A DNA stretch of 30,301 nt from positions 71,741 to 102,041 of the forward strand of contig PSLL01000002.1 in NCBI GenBank assembly GCA_040289575.1. Reading direction: 5' to 3'. Each line of letters opens with the position of its first letter. Within the stretch, counting starts at the first letter, position 1. The notes beneath the pieces are model-generated. The model had not been told where the DNA came from. It was given only the letters and a program-made list of their open reading frames with translations, and did no database searches. A program made the position numbers and the translations under genes. This document shows positions 18,584-26,901 of the stretch, piece after piece. The stretch is from Candidatus Dadabacteria bacterium. Its GTDB lineage: Bacteria; Desulfobacterota_D; UBA1144; Nemesobacterales; CSP1-2.

Positions 18584-20947
18584 GTGCATAAACTCAAATT
18601 AGGTCTTTTAAATCTAAAATCAAATTTAAAAATCCTTTTATGCCTTCTTATCGCCTCATGCACAGCCGCCGGCAGCTCACTACTTCTGCTACCTGGCATC
18701 TCTTCAGACATATTACCCGTCGTTACACCGCTCATCATACTTAGGCCTACTGCAATAGGGTCGGTGCCTTCATTTGTTCTTCCCTTTAGTTCCAACCTCC
18801 GGGCAATGGTAATAACCCCCGACGGCTCCAAGCTCTACGCAACCGACAGCTTTAGTAATACGGTATCGGTAATAGACCTGTCAATAGATGATGTTATCGC
18901 CGTTATAGATGTTGGAAATGGGCCTACAAATATAGCAATAACACCGAACGGCACTAAGGCTTATGTGACTAATCCAGGCTCAGGCAACCAGCCGGGAAAT
19001 ACGGTATCGGTAATAGATATACCAACCAATCGAGTTATTTCTACAGTAACAATAGATGTAGGATTCAGACCGAGTAGCATAGCAATAACCCCGGATGGCT
19101 CTAAGGTTTATGTCACTGCGGTCTCCCCCGACGCGGGCAAGATATTGGTAATAGATGTGTCAAATGATCAAGTTATCGCCACAATAAATATAGGATCCAG
19201 GCCGAGCAGTATAGCCATAACCCCGGATAGTTCGAAGGTATATGTAGCTGATTCCGCCAATAATACGGTATCAGTAATAGATGTGTCAACTAATGCAGTT
19301 GTTACTACAATATCTGATATTGGGCCTAGCCCTAGCTTTGTATCAATAATCCCCGATGGTTCTAGGGTCTATGTATCTAATTCAGGCTCAGACAACCAGC
19401 CGGGAAATACGGTATCGGTAATAGATGTAAAAAAATCAGTAACAGATCCAGCAAATGCAGTTGTTGCTCAGATAACAGTGGGAGATAAACCCGGGACTAT
19501 AATTATAACCCCGGATGGCACTAGAGTCTATGTGGCCAATAGTATTAGTGACACGATATCGGTAATAAAGACATCAACCAATGAGGTTACTGATACGGTG
19601 AATGTCGGACCCAATCCTGTGGGTATGGCGATGACAGGAATGGGAAAGATTTCTAAACTCTATGTAGCCAATTCAGGTAACTCCCTCTCGCCGGGCAACA
19701 CTATATCGGTGATAAATACGTCAACCAATCAGGTCATTGATACAATCACCGTAGAACCCAGCCCTATTGCAGTATTGATAGCCCCAAATAGCTCCAGAGC
19801 CTATGTTGCCAGTATGGATACAGTATCGGTAATAGATGTACCAACTGATAAAGTCATTGCTACAATCTTTGCCAGGGGGTCAGGGCCCACCAATGTATTA
19901 ATAACCCCAGATGGGTCTAAGGCTTATGTAGTCAGTTCCGGTACAAATACCGTATCGATAATAAACATATCAACCGATCAGATTATTTCCACATTAAACG
20001 TAGGGTCGAGACCCAGCAGTATAGCAATAACCCCAGATGGCTCTAAGGTTTATGTAACCAACTTTTCAAGCAATACAGTTTCTGTAATAGACACATCAAC
20101 CGACGATATTATTGCCACAGTCAATGTAGGAAATGCACCCCTTAGCATAGCTATAACCCCCGATGGCTCTAGAGCCTATGTGGCTAATTTCGTTGACAAG
20201 ACGGTATCGGTAATAGACACATCAAATAATTCGGTTATTGATACAGTATCCGGTGTCGGTCCTGGACCCAACTCCATATCTATAACCCCGGATGGCGCGA
20301 GGGCTTATGTGACCAATGTGGGCAATAATAATCAAACCGGAAGCACAGTATCGGTAATAGACACATCAAATAATATGGTCTTTAACGCAGTGCATGTAGG
20401 TTTTAGACCCGTTGATTTATCAATAACCCCCGATGGGTCTAAAGCCTATGTTACTAATTTCTTTACCAGCACGGTGTCTGTAATAGATGTGTCAAACAAT
20501 TCGATTACTAATACAGTACAGGGTGTCGGTCCTGGACCCGGATTTATAGAGGTAACACCGGATGGCTCTAAAGTCTATATAGTCAATCCAGCTGATAAGT
20601 CTTCGTTCCCTGAAACCGGAAGCACGGTATCTGTGATTGATACGCAAACCGATACACTTATTGCTACAGTGCAGTTGGAATCAAAGCCTATTGATATAGC
20701 TATAACCCCGGATAGCACTGAGGTTCTTGTTCCCAACTACTTCAGCAATACCGTTTCAATAATAGACACATTGGCCAATCAAGTCATCGCTACGGTCAAT
20801 GTGGGGACTGCGCCACTGGGTATAGCCATAACCCCAGATGGCTCTAAGGCCTATGTCGCTAATTCTATAAGCAGAACAGTATCAGTGATAAATATATTAA
20901 CAAACGAGGTTAAAACAATCACTATTAATTCTAAGACTCCTGTTTAA
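18584..20947 (+). CDS. YVTN/YncE-type beta-propeller repeat protein, 16 blades, probably exported (possible lipoprotein)
   Basis: 16 repeats of AITPDGSKxYV...NTVSVID; N-terminal basic plus hydrophobic stretch with a LIASC lipobox-like motif. GTG start is uncertain. Confidence 0.9.
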   Translation: MHKLKLGLLNLKSNLKILLCLLIASCTAAGSSLLLLPGISSDILPVVTPLIILRPTAIGSVPSFVLPFSSNLRAMVITPDGSKLYATDSFSNTVSVIDLSIDDVIAVIDVGNGPTNIAITPNGTKAYVTNPGSGNQPGNTVSVIDIPTNRVISTVTIDVGFRPSSIAITPDGSKVYVTAVSPDAGKILVIDVSNDQVIATINIGSRPSSIAITPDSSKVYVADSANNTVSVIDVSTNAVVTTISDIGPSPSFVSIIPDGSRVYVSNSGSDNQPGNTVSVIDVKKSVTDPANAVVAQITVGDKPGTIIITPDGTRVYVANSISDTISVIKTSTNEVTDTVNVGPNPVGMAMTGMGKISKLYVANSGNSLSPGNTISVINTSTNQVIDTITVEPSPIAVLIAPNSSRAYVASMDTVSVIDVPTDKVIATIFARGSGPTNVLITPDGSKAYVVSSGTNTVSIINISTDQIISTLNVGSRPSSIAITPDGSKVYVTNFSSNTVSVIDTSTDDIIATVNVGNAPLSIAITPDGSRAYVANFVDKTVSVIDTSNNSVIDTVSGVGPGPNSISITPDGARAYVTNVGNNNQTGSTVSVIDTSNNMVFNAVHVGFRPVDLSITPDGSKAYVTNFFTSTVSVIDVSNNSITNTVQGVGPGPGFIEVTPDGSKVYIVNPADKSSFPETGSTVSVIDTQTDTLIATVQLESKPIDIAITPDSTEVLVPNYFSNTVSIIDTLANQVIATVNVGTAPLGIAITPDGSKAYVANSISRTVSVINILTNEVKTITINSKTPV

Positions 20948-20950
20948 AAA

Positions 20951-23776
20951 ATGATGGTCTACTCTCTGATGAGTCGAAAGAGGATCACCCATTACCCAAT
21001 TAAACTCCTTATAATACTACTCCTAAGTGCATGTGTAGGGGCAAATCATACGGATACCGAAATTAAAGGTGAAAGGGCAAGCCAGTTAGTCAAAGAAGCG
21101 GCAGACCTGTATGATAAAGGGAATTATGACAAGGCACTATATAAGCTCTCCGAGGCTGAAGAGCATGCTAAATCAACTGAGGATAAGATAAAAATCGCTG
21201 GTATATTATCTAAAGGTGGTTTTGGACTCATTGAGAAAAGACTATTTAGAACCTCGCTTTCATATTACGACCGCTCACTGGAAATAAATAGAATATTGAA
21301 TAACAAACCCGGGCTGGTTAATAACTATAGCTACATAGGAAAGGTGTATACAGAGATTGGAGAATACGAAAAGGGAATTGAATACTTTGAGAAGGCCTTG
21401 AAGGTGCAGGAGGAGTTGAATGATAAAAGCGGAATATCACACAACCTAAATAACATGGCCAACCTCTGTAGCTACTTAGGCAATTATCAAGAATCAATAA
21501 GGCTTTTAAACCGAGCTCTTAAGATTAGCGAAGAGATTAAAGATCCGTTTCAGACAGCAAAGACACTGATAAATCTGGGCACAATCAATTTCCGCCTAAG
21601 AAACTATCAAACCTCCATCGAATACCTAGACCGCGCCTTTAAGATTGCCGATAGCACAAAAGAAGAGAACCTAAAAGCCTACGCCCTTAATCTAATAGGG
21701 GTCGTCAATAGGTCTCAGGGCAATTATGAAAGGGCATTGGATAATTACAAAAGGGCGCTAAAGATAAATAAAAAGCTGGGACTTAAGCCCGAGATTGCCA
21801 TGAATCTCAGTATAATAGGGGAGTTATATAAAGAGTTGGGGCGTTATGATGAAGCCCTTAAATACCTCAAGCAGTCACTCGACATATCTGAGTCATTGAA
21901 TGATAGATTAATAACAGCGGCGAATCTAAATTATATAGGGGAAGTGAGATATAAACAGGGGAATTATGGGGAAGCCCTAAGACTCTATAATTCCTCACTG
22001 GCAATATCCCAAAAACTGGGTTTTAAAGACGGAATAGCACGAAGCCTCAATAACATCGGCTATCTGAAAGGCGATATGAAGGAATGGGACTCTGCGATAG
22101 AGGACCTAGATAAAGCCATATCAATCTATAAAGACCTCGGAGACAGGGAGTGGATTCGAGTCTCACTATTTGGAAGGGGACTTTATTCAGAGAAAAAGGG
22201 AGACCTGGCATCAGCCGAAAAGAGCTATAAAGAGGCGGTTGATGTATTTGAGTCAATAAGGGAAGACGTTACGGGTGGAAAAGAGGCACAGCAACTCTTT
22301 AGCGATGTCAACGTAAGGGTCTATGAAAGGCTCGTATCGCTTCTACTGAGATTGGGGAAGAAAGAAGAGGCTCTCGAATACATTGAAAGGAGCAGGTCCA
22401 AGGCTCTCCGCGATACGTTCCTTAGAAGCGGTATAAGTTCCTCTGATGAAAAGACAAGGGGACTTCTCAGCCTCTATAATCAACTGTTTCACAAAGAGGC
22501 ATCAATAAGCTATAAAATCGCGGAGGAAAAATCAAAACCCTCGCCCAACTCGGAGAAGATTGATAACCTGGTAAAAACACTTGCAAAGACAAAGGAGGAG
22601 TTCAATCGTGTAAGCTCTCAACTAAGTGTCAAGCATAATGATATATACAAACTCCTCAGCATACGACCCGGAAAACTTTTGGATTTAGAACGAGAAAATA
22701 AACTTCCTCTTAATGTCGCTTTTGTAGAGTACTTCATCACCGATAAACAGACATACATATTCGTTATAAACAGAAGGGACTTAATTGTAAAAGGCGTTTC
22801 TGTATCGAAAGAAGAGCTGAAAAGATCGGTAACGCTCTTTAGGATACTGATAGAGAAGAACAAATCCAATCCGACAAATAATTGGCGAGACGACGGCAGT
22901 AACAGGTATAGAAGTGATATAAAACCATTAAAAGAAATATCAACGCGGTTGTACCATCTCCTTATAAAACCGATTGAGGATGATATAAGGGGTGCGGATA
23001 TAGTGGCAATAATCCCGTTTGGATTCCTTGATTACCTTCCATTTCATGTCTTGAGTGAGGAGAGGGCAGATGGTGGTTTAGATTTCTTTATAGAGAAGAG
23101 GAGGTTGGTTTATCTGGTATCCACATCTACCAACTATCTGAACCTGGCCTTGAGAAACGATAGAAGAAGAGAAATCAGGAGGGTCGCCGCTTTTGGCAAT
23201 CCAGACCTTGGGGAACCAGAACTCGCTCTTCCCGATTCTGAAAAAGAGGTATTAGTTATAAAGGAGATGTTTCCTAATACAACCATCTTCTTAAAGAAGG
23301 ATGCTACTAAAGACAATTTCAAAAACAGCTGGGGGAAAAATGAGATAATACATTTGGCAGCTCACGGACTTATACAGGATGAGCCTTCAATACTACTAGC
23401 CCCATTGGGTTCGGGGAGTCTCACCCTCTCAGATATTACGGGGCTGCCCCCGGCAAGAAACACACACTTGGTAGTTCTTTCAGCATGCAATGCGGCAATA
23501 GACCATAATGAAGCCAACTCGAATGGAACGGGGCTAAATAGCATAGCATTCGCTTTTACAATGGTGGGTGTGCCCTCAGTTATTGCCACACTCTGGGAGA
23601 TAGACGACCGTGCCACATCCGAGCTAATGTCTAGTTTTTATAAGAACCTAAAGACCGATGGTAGATTCGACTATCAGTCATTAAGGATGGTCCAGATTGA
23701 TATGCTAAAAAGGCCGGATAAATACGGTCAGCCTTTTTATTGGGCTCCGTTCATACTATTAGGCGTATGGAATTAG
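20951..23776 (+). CDS. TPR-CHAT (caspase/HetF-like) protease with a lipoprotein signal peptide
   Basis: RKR..KLLIILLLSAC lipobox; ~10 TPR repeats; ERSRSKAL; CHAT motifs LYHLLIKPI, IIPFGFLDYLPF, IHLAAHG (His 23363-23365), VVLSACN (Cys 23486-23488), TLWEIDD and PFYWAPFILLG. Confidence 0.93.
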   Translation: MMVYSLMSRKRITHYPIKLLIILLLSACVGANHTDTEIKGERASQLVKEAADLYDKGNYDKALYKLSEAEEHAKSTEDKIKIAGILSKGGFGLIEKRLFRTSLSYYDRSLEINRILNNKPGLVNNYSYIGKVYTEIGEYEKGIEYFEKALKVQEELNDKSGISHNLNNMANLCSYLGNYQESIRLLNRALKISEEIKDPFQTAKTLINLGTINFRLRNYQTSIEYLDRAFKIADSTKEENLKAYALNLIGVVNRSQGNYERALDNYKRALKINKKLGLKPEIAMNLSIIGELYKELGRYDEALKYLKQSLDISESLNDRLITAANLNYIGEVRYKQGNYGEALRLYNSSLAISQKLGFKDGIARSLNNIGYLKGDMKEWDSAIEDLDKAISIYKDLGDREWIRVSLFGRGLYSEKKGDLASAEKSYKEAVDVFESIREDVTGGKEAQQLFSDVNVRVYERLVSLLLRLGKKEEALEYIERSRSKALRDTFLRSGISSSDEKTRGLLSLYNQLFHKEASISYKIAEEKSKPSPNSEKIDNLVKTLAKTKEEFNRVSSQLSVKHNDIYKLLSIRPGKLLDLERENKLPLNVAFVEYFITDKQTYIFVINRRDLIVKGVSVSKEELKRSVTLFRILIEKNKSNPTNNWRDDGSNRYRSDIKPLKEISTRLYHLLIKPIEDDIRGADIVAIIPFGFLDYLPFHVLSEERADGGLDFFIEKRRLVYLVSTSTNYLNLALRNDRRREIRRVAAFGNPDLGEPELALPDSEKEVLVIKEMFPNTTIFLKKDATKDNFKNSWGKNEIIHLAAHGLIQDEPSILLAPLGSGSLTLSDITGLPPARNTHLVVLSACNAAIDHNEANSNGTGLNSIAFAFTMVGVPSVIATLWEIDDRATSELMSSFYKNLKTDGRFDYQSLRMVQIDMLKRPDKYGQPFYWAPFILLGVWN

Positions 23777-23778
23777 TC

Positions 23779-23804
23779 GGAAATTCATTGAACTTTTCGT
23801 CTAA
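23779..23804 (+). promoter_or_regulatory. Putative ECF-sigma promoter, copy 2 (upstream of anti-sigma)
   Basis: GGAAAT-N13-CGTCTAA containing the exact AACTTTTCGTCTAA (23791-23804), 27 nt before the ATG. Confidence 0.65.
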
Positions 23805-23831
23805 TAGATATACGCTGAGACTATCAATGAC

Positions 23832-24428
23832 ATGGGATTAAAAAAAGAACAGGAAATACTCGGAGCAGTTGCTGCCTCTGTGATTCAGGGAAAAAAAGGG
23901 TTATGCCCGACCGATGAGGAATTTGCCCTTTATATAGAGGGAAATATAGATGAGGAGAGGAGAAAGGCTGTTGTTTTGCACTTCGTCTCCTGCCGAGAGT
24001 GTAGGGAGAGGCTTACCATCCCAATTCATCATTCTGAAATCCCAAAAGTGGCAAACCCTATGGAAAAGCTCCGGACTCCATTGAGGTATCCATTTGTTGC
24101 GGCACCTGTTGCGTTAATATTTGTTGCTCTCATAGCCTTTAGTCTAAATGTCTACCTAAGCCCCCGACACATCACAGAAGGGAGATTAAGGGGAGGGAAT
24201 TTAGTTGCCATAAAGCAATTGGATTTAACCCCGAATTTATTAACAATTATAAAGAAGGAGAATGAGGAAGGGCTAAAAAATGAGATAATTAAAGATTTGC
24301 CATCCGGTGCAAAGGTATCAGATATAGTTGTAGAGGATATTAAAAACCTGAAAGCGGCCAAGGAGGGGGATAGGATAGTCTTAATTCTCTATAGTAATGG
24401 TTTATTGAAGGTAAGATTAGAGAAGTAG
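23832..24428 (+). CDS. Membrane-anchored zinc-binding (ZAS/zf-HC2) anti-sigma factor
   Basis: CPTDEEFALYIEG...HFVSCRECRE (HxxxCxxC), one TM helix (PFVAAPVALIFVALIAFSLNVYL), and a short external domain starting with GRLRGG. Confidence 0.8.
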   Translation: MGLKKEQEILGAVAASVIQGKKGLCPTDEEFALYIEGNIDEERRKAVVLHFVSCRECRERLTIPIHHSEIPKVANPMEKLRTPLRYPFVAAPVALIFVALIAFSLNVYLSPRHITEGRLRGGNLVAIKQLDLTPNLLTIIKKENEEGLKNEIIKDLPSGAKVSDIVVEDIKNLKAAKEGDRIVLILYSNGLLKVRLEK

Positions 24429-24450
24429 GAGAACCTATATATCTTATCGT

Positions 24451-25290
24451 CTAAATCAGGTGTTCAAATATCTCCTCTATATCCGCTTCGGTTACGCCCC
24501 TTTCCTCTAGACGCCTCTTTAGATTCTTTAACACCCTCTCTATTCTTTTATATACGCCTTTGTCCTTAACACCCGCAATGGCTCCTGATATCTCCTTTGC
24601 AGTTAAACCATGATCGAAATAAAGCTGTAGGATTAAAATGTCCTCGGCTTCGAACCTCTGAATCTCTTTCCTCAATATATCTAAGATCTTCTCCCTCCTT
24701 TGTTTGATCTCCGCCGTTATTATATTCTCCTCCGGGTTTGATACCGGATCCTCCGAGCAGACAACGTTCTGTTCATTATCAAAGGTAAGCGGCTCATTTT
24801 GAGCGGGTCTTTCTATCCTTACCCTACTTTCCCTTATCCTCTTTTCAACCTCGTCAACCCTCATTTGCGCCTCATCCTGAGAGATCTTAAACTCTGCCTT
24901 TATTGCATTCTCTATCCATCCCGGGGTTAGGTTTTGGTAAAAAAACAGTTTAAATATATAACGATTGATCTCATCAAACTCCCAAAAGTATTTGGGCAGA
25001 ACCCTATATCTAAATTGCGTGCGTCTAAAATCAATAATGAGTTTATTCGTAACGCTGTATAGAAATGTCCGAAAGCTCGATTCCCCCTTAAAGGCCATTA
25101 TTCTGCGTGACTCATTCTCATGGAGCTTCTCCCAGACATATAAGAAGCAGTCATTTGCCAGCTCTTTATTCTTACCAAAACTCTTCATACATATACCCCG
25201 AACAAAAAGGGCATCTTCTTCCATTAGTGTCCTTTTATCCATATTGAGCCTGAGGAATATAGAGTCCTTCAAATAGGGAACTCTTCTCAT
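24451..25290 (-). CDS. ECF-type sigma70 factor with a long insert between regions 2 and 4
   Basis: Region 2-like ANDCFLYVWEKL..FKGESSFRTFLYSVTNKLIIDFRR; region 4-like DILILQLYFDHGLTAKEIS..VYKRIERVLKNLKRRL. The true start may be a downstream Met. Confidence 0.82.
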   Translation of the reverse strand: MRRVPYLKDSIFLRLNMDKRTLMEEDALFVRGICMKSFGKNKELANDCFLYVWEKLHENESRRIMAFKGESSFRTFLYSVTNKLIIDFRRTQFRYRVLPKYFWEFDEINRYIFKLFFYQNLTPGWIENAIKAEFKISQDEAQMRVDEVEKRIRESRVRIERPAQNEPLTFDNEQNVVCSEDPVSNPEENIITAEIKQRREKILDILRKEIQRFEAEDILILQLYFDHGLTAKEISGAIAGVKDKGVYKRIERVLKNLKRRLEERGVTEADIEEIFEHLI

Positions 25291-25347
25291 TAACTGCCGT
25301 CTAAGACCTATTAGAGATTTTAATAACTTATTTGGCTAATTAAAAGG

Positions 25348-25373
25348 GGAATATATAAAAACTTTTCGTCTAA
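25348..25373 (+). promoter_or_regulatory. Putative ECF-sigma promoter, copy 3 (upstream of RpoD-like sigma)
   Basis: GGAATA-N13-CGTCTAA containing the exact AACTTTTCGTCTAA (25360-25373), 30 nt before the ATG. Confidence 0.65.
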
Positions 25374-25403
25374 CCCACCGAAAGGTCAACTGAGGGCTTT
25401 TTT

Positions 25404-26492
25404 ATGGATTTCCTTGAAATTGAAGGCGATTTAACAAACCAAAATGAGTCAGAAGCCTTCATCACCCGGTATGATACCGAATCAGAGAATAGAAATGGCC
25501 ACAGGTGGGTCTCTGAAGAAGACTACAGGCTTCTCCAATCCTACTTTAGAGAGGTTGGGGGAGAACCCCTCCTTACTCCGAATGAGGAGCTTGAGATATC
25601 CATTAAAATAAAGAAATATGAGGCAAAGGCTAAGAAGACAAAAACCCTCCTTGATAAATTCATACGGCAGTCCGAGAATGGTTCTAGGATTAGGAGAAAA
25701 GACCCTACCGGAAAAGCCAGAGCCACCCGCATATATATTCCATCTCAAAGGATACAGAGACTCTACACACTCATGAGAGTCTATTCAAAGCGATCAAGGA
25801 CGCTCAAAGATAGGTTTGTAAAAGCCAACCTCAGACTCGTCATAAGCATAGCCAAGAGATACATAGGGCGCGGACTCCCATTTGCCGATCTCATTCAGGA
25901 GGGGAATATTGGACTTATTAAGGCTGTAGAGAAATGCGATCCTTCAAAGGGTTACAGATTCTCAACCTATGCCTCCTGGTGGATAACACAGCGTATATGC
26001 CGTGCCCTAATTGACCAAACCAGAACTATAAGAGTACCTATTCATGTACTTGAGCGGGCAAATAGGGTGCATAGGACGGCCAATATGATTCAAAATAAAA
26101 GCGGTAGAAGACCCGATATTGATGAAATTGTATATGAGTCCGGGCTTAGCATAGATAAGGTAAAAAGCGTGATGAATGCAAATTTGGGTGTGGTTTACCT
26201 TGATGCCTTGAGTTTTGATTTTATATACGACAGAAGACCCTCTGCAGATTCACTTATAGAGAGGGTTACGATGAATAAAAAGATTGAAGAGGCGCTCTCC
26301 AGCCTCTCCGATAGGGAAGAAGAGATACTGAAGATGAGATTTGGCATTGGATACAACTGCTCATACACACTCGATGAGATTGGAAACAGATATGGGCTTA
26401 CAAGAGAGCGTATAAGACAGATTGAAAAGCGCGCCCTTAGAAAGCTCAAGCAGCTTGAAGTAGGAACACTGCTCAAGGATTTTATAGAATGA
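25404..26492 (+). CDS. RpoD/RpoS-like alternative sigma70 factor (no region 1.1)
   Basis: YFREVG..PLLT..EE (1.2), ANLRLVISIAKRY, DLIQEGNIGL, RFSTYASWWI, RTIRVP, TLDEIG..YGLTRERIRQIE. Confidence 0.93.
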   Translation: MDFLEIEGDLTNQNESEAFITRYDTESENRNGHRWVSEEDYRLLQSYFREVGGEPLLTPNEELEISIKIKKYEAKAKKTKTLLDKFIRQSENGSRIRRKDPTGKARATRIYIPSQRIQRLYTLMRVYSKRSRTLKDRFVKANLRLVISIAKRYIGRGLPFADLIQEGNIGLIKAVEKCDPSKGYRFSTYASWWITQRICRALIDQTRTIRVPIHVLERANRVHRTANMIQNKSGRRPDIDEIVYESGLSIDKVKSVMNANLGVVYLDALSFDFIYDRRPSADSLIERVTMNKKIEEALSSLSDREEEILKMRFGIGYNCSYTLDEIGNRYGLTRERIRQIEKRALRKLKQLEVGTLLKDFIE

Positions 26493-26845
26493 TAGTCCAA
26501 TTTATCAATCAATTCTATAAATTTAAAAAGGAGATTGATCAGGAGAAGATAGAAAATAGGTATAGCCCAGAGTATATTGCAAGGCTCCTTGTGAAAAAAG
26601 CCCCTAAAGGAAAAGTGCTCTTCCACTTTAAAAACAAAAGCGACCACATTGCCCTTTTCTCAAATAGGCAGCTAAATGTAAGAGGAGAAGAGGATATGTT
26701 TAGAGCCTGGGGAAGCTCGGAGTTTAATAGCCTAAAGCCACAGGCTATTTTTGAAGAGCTTGAAAAGGAGATAGTAAAGATTAAGGTCATATCGGCATCA
26801 GGTAGAAATAACTATTCATTTAGCTCTTACGGCGAGTTCCTATAG
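26489..26845 (+). CDS. Hypothetical protein (118 aa), translationally coupled to the sigma gene
   Basis: ATGA start/stop overlap at 26489-26492; no recognised motif. Confidence 0.6.
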   Translation: MIVQFINQFYKFKKEIDQEKIENRYSPEYIARLLVKKAPKGKVLFHFKNKSDHIALFSNRQLNVRGEEDMFRAWGSSEFNSLKPQAIFEELEKEIVKIKVISASGRNNYSFSSYGEFL

Positions 26846-26901
26846 TGGCTTGCAAATGAAGGCGATAAAAATTGACTTCGAATCTTAATTCGTGGCTTTC
26901 A

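Noticed and set aside
18800..20900. Regularly spaced DNA repeats (ataaccccggatgg, acggtatcggtaatagat) resembling an array
   Set aside because: They are in-frame codons of YVTN protein repeats, not CRISPR repeats.
20951..25290. Calling the CHAT/sigma genes a type III-E CASP (Csx29/Csx30/Csx31) locus
   Set aside because: No Cas7-11 or array is present, the CHAT protein has a lipoprotein signal, and the partner is a ZAS membrane anti-sigma. The comparison is an analogy only.
25404..26492. Naming the sigma gene rpoD or rpoS
   Set aside because: It lacks region 1.1, has divergent regions 2.4 and 3.2, and has no dnaG or nlpD context.
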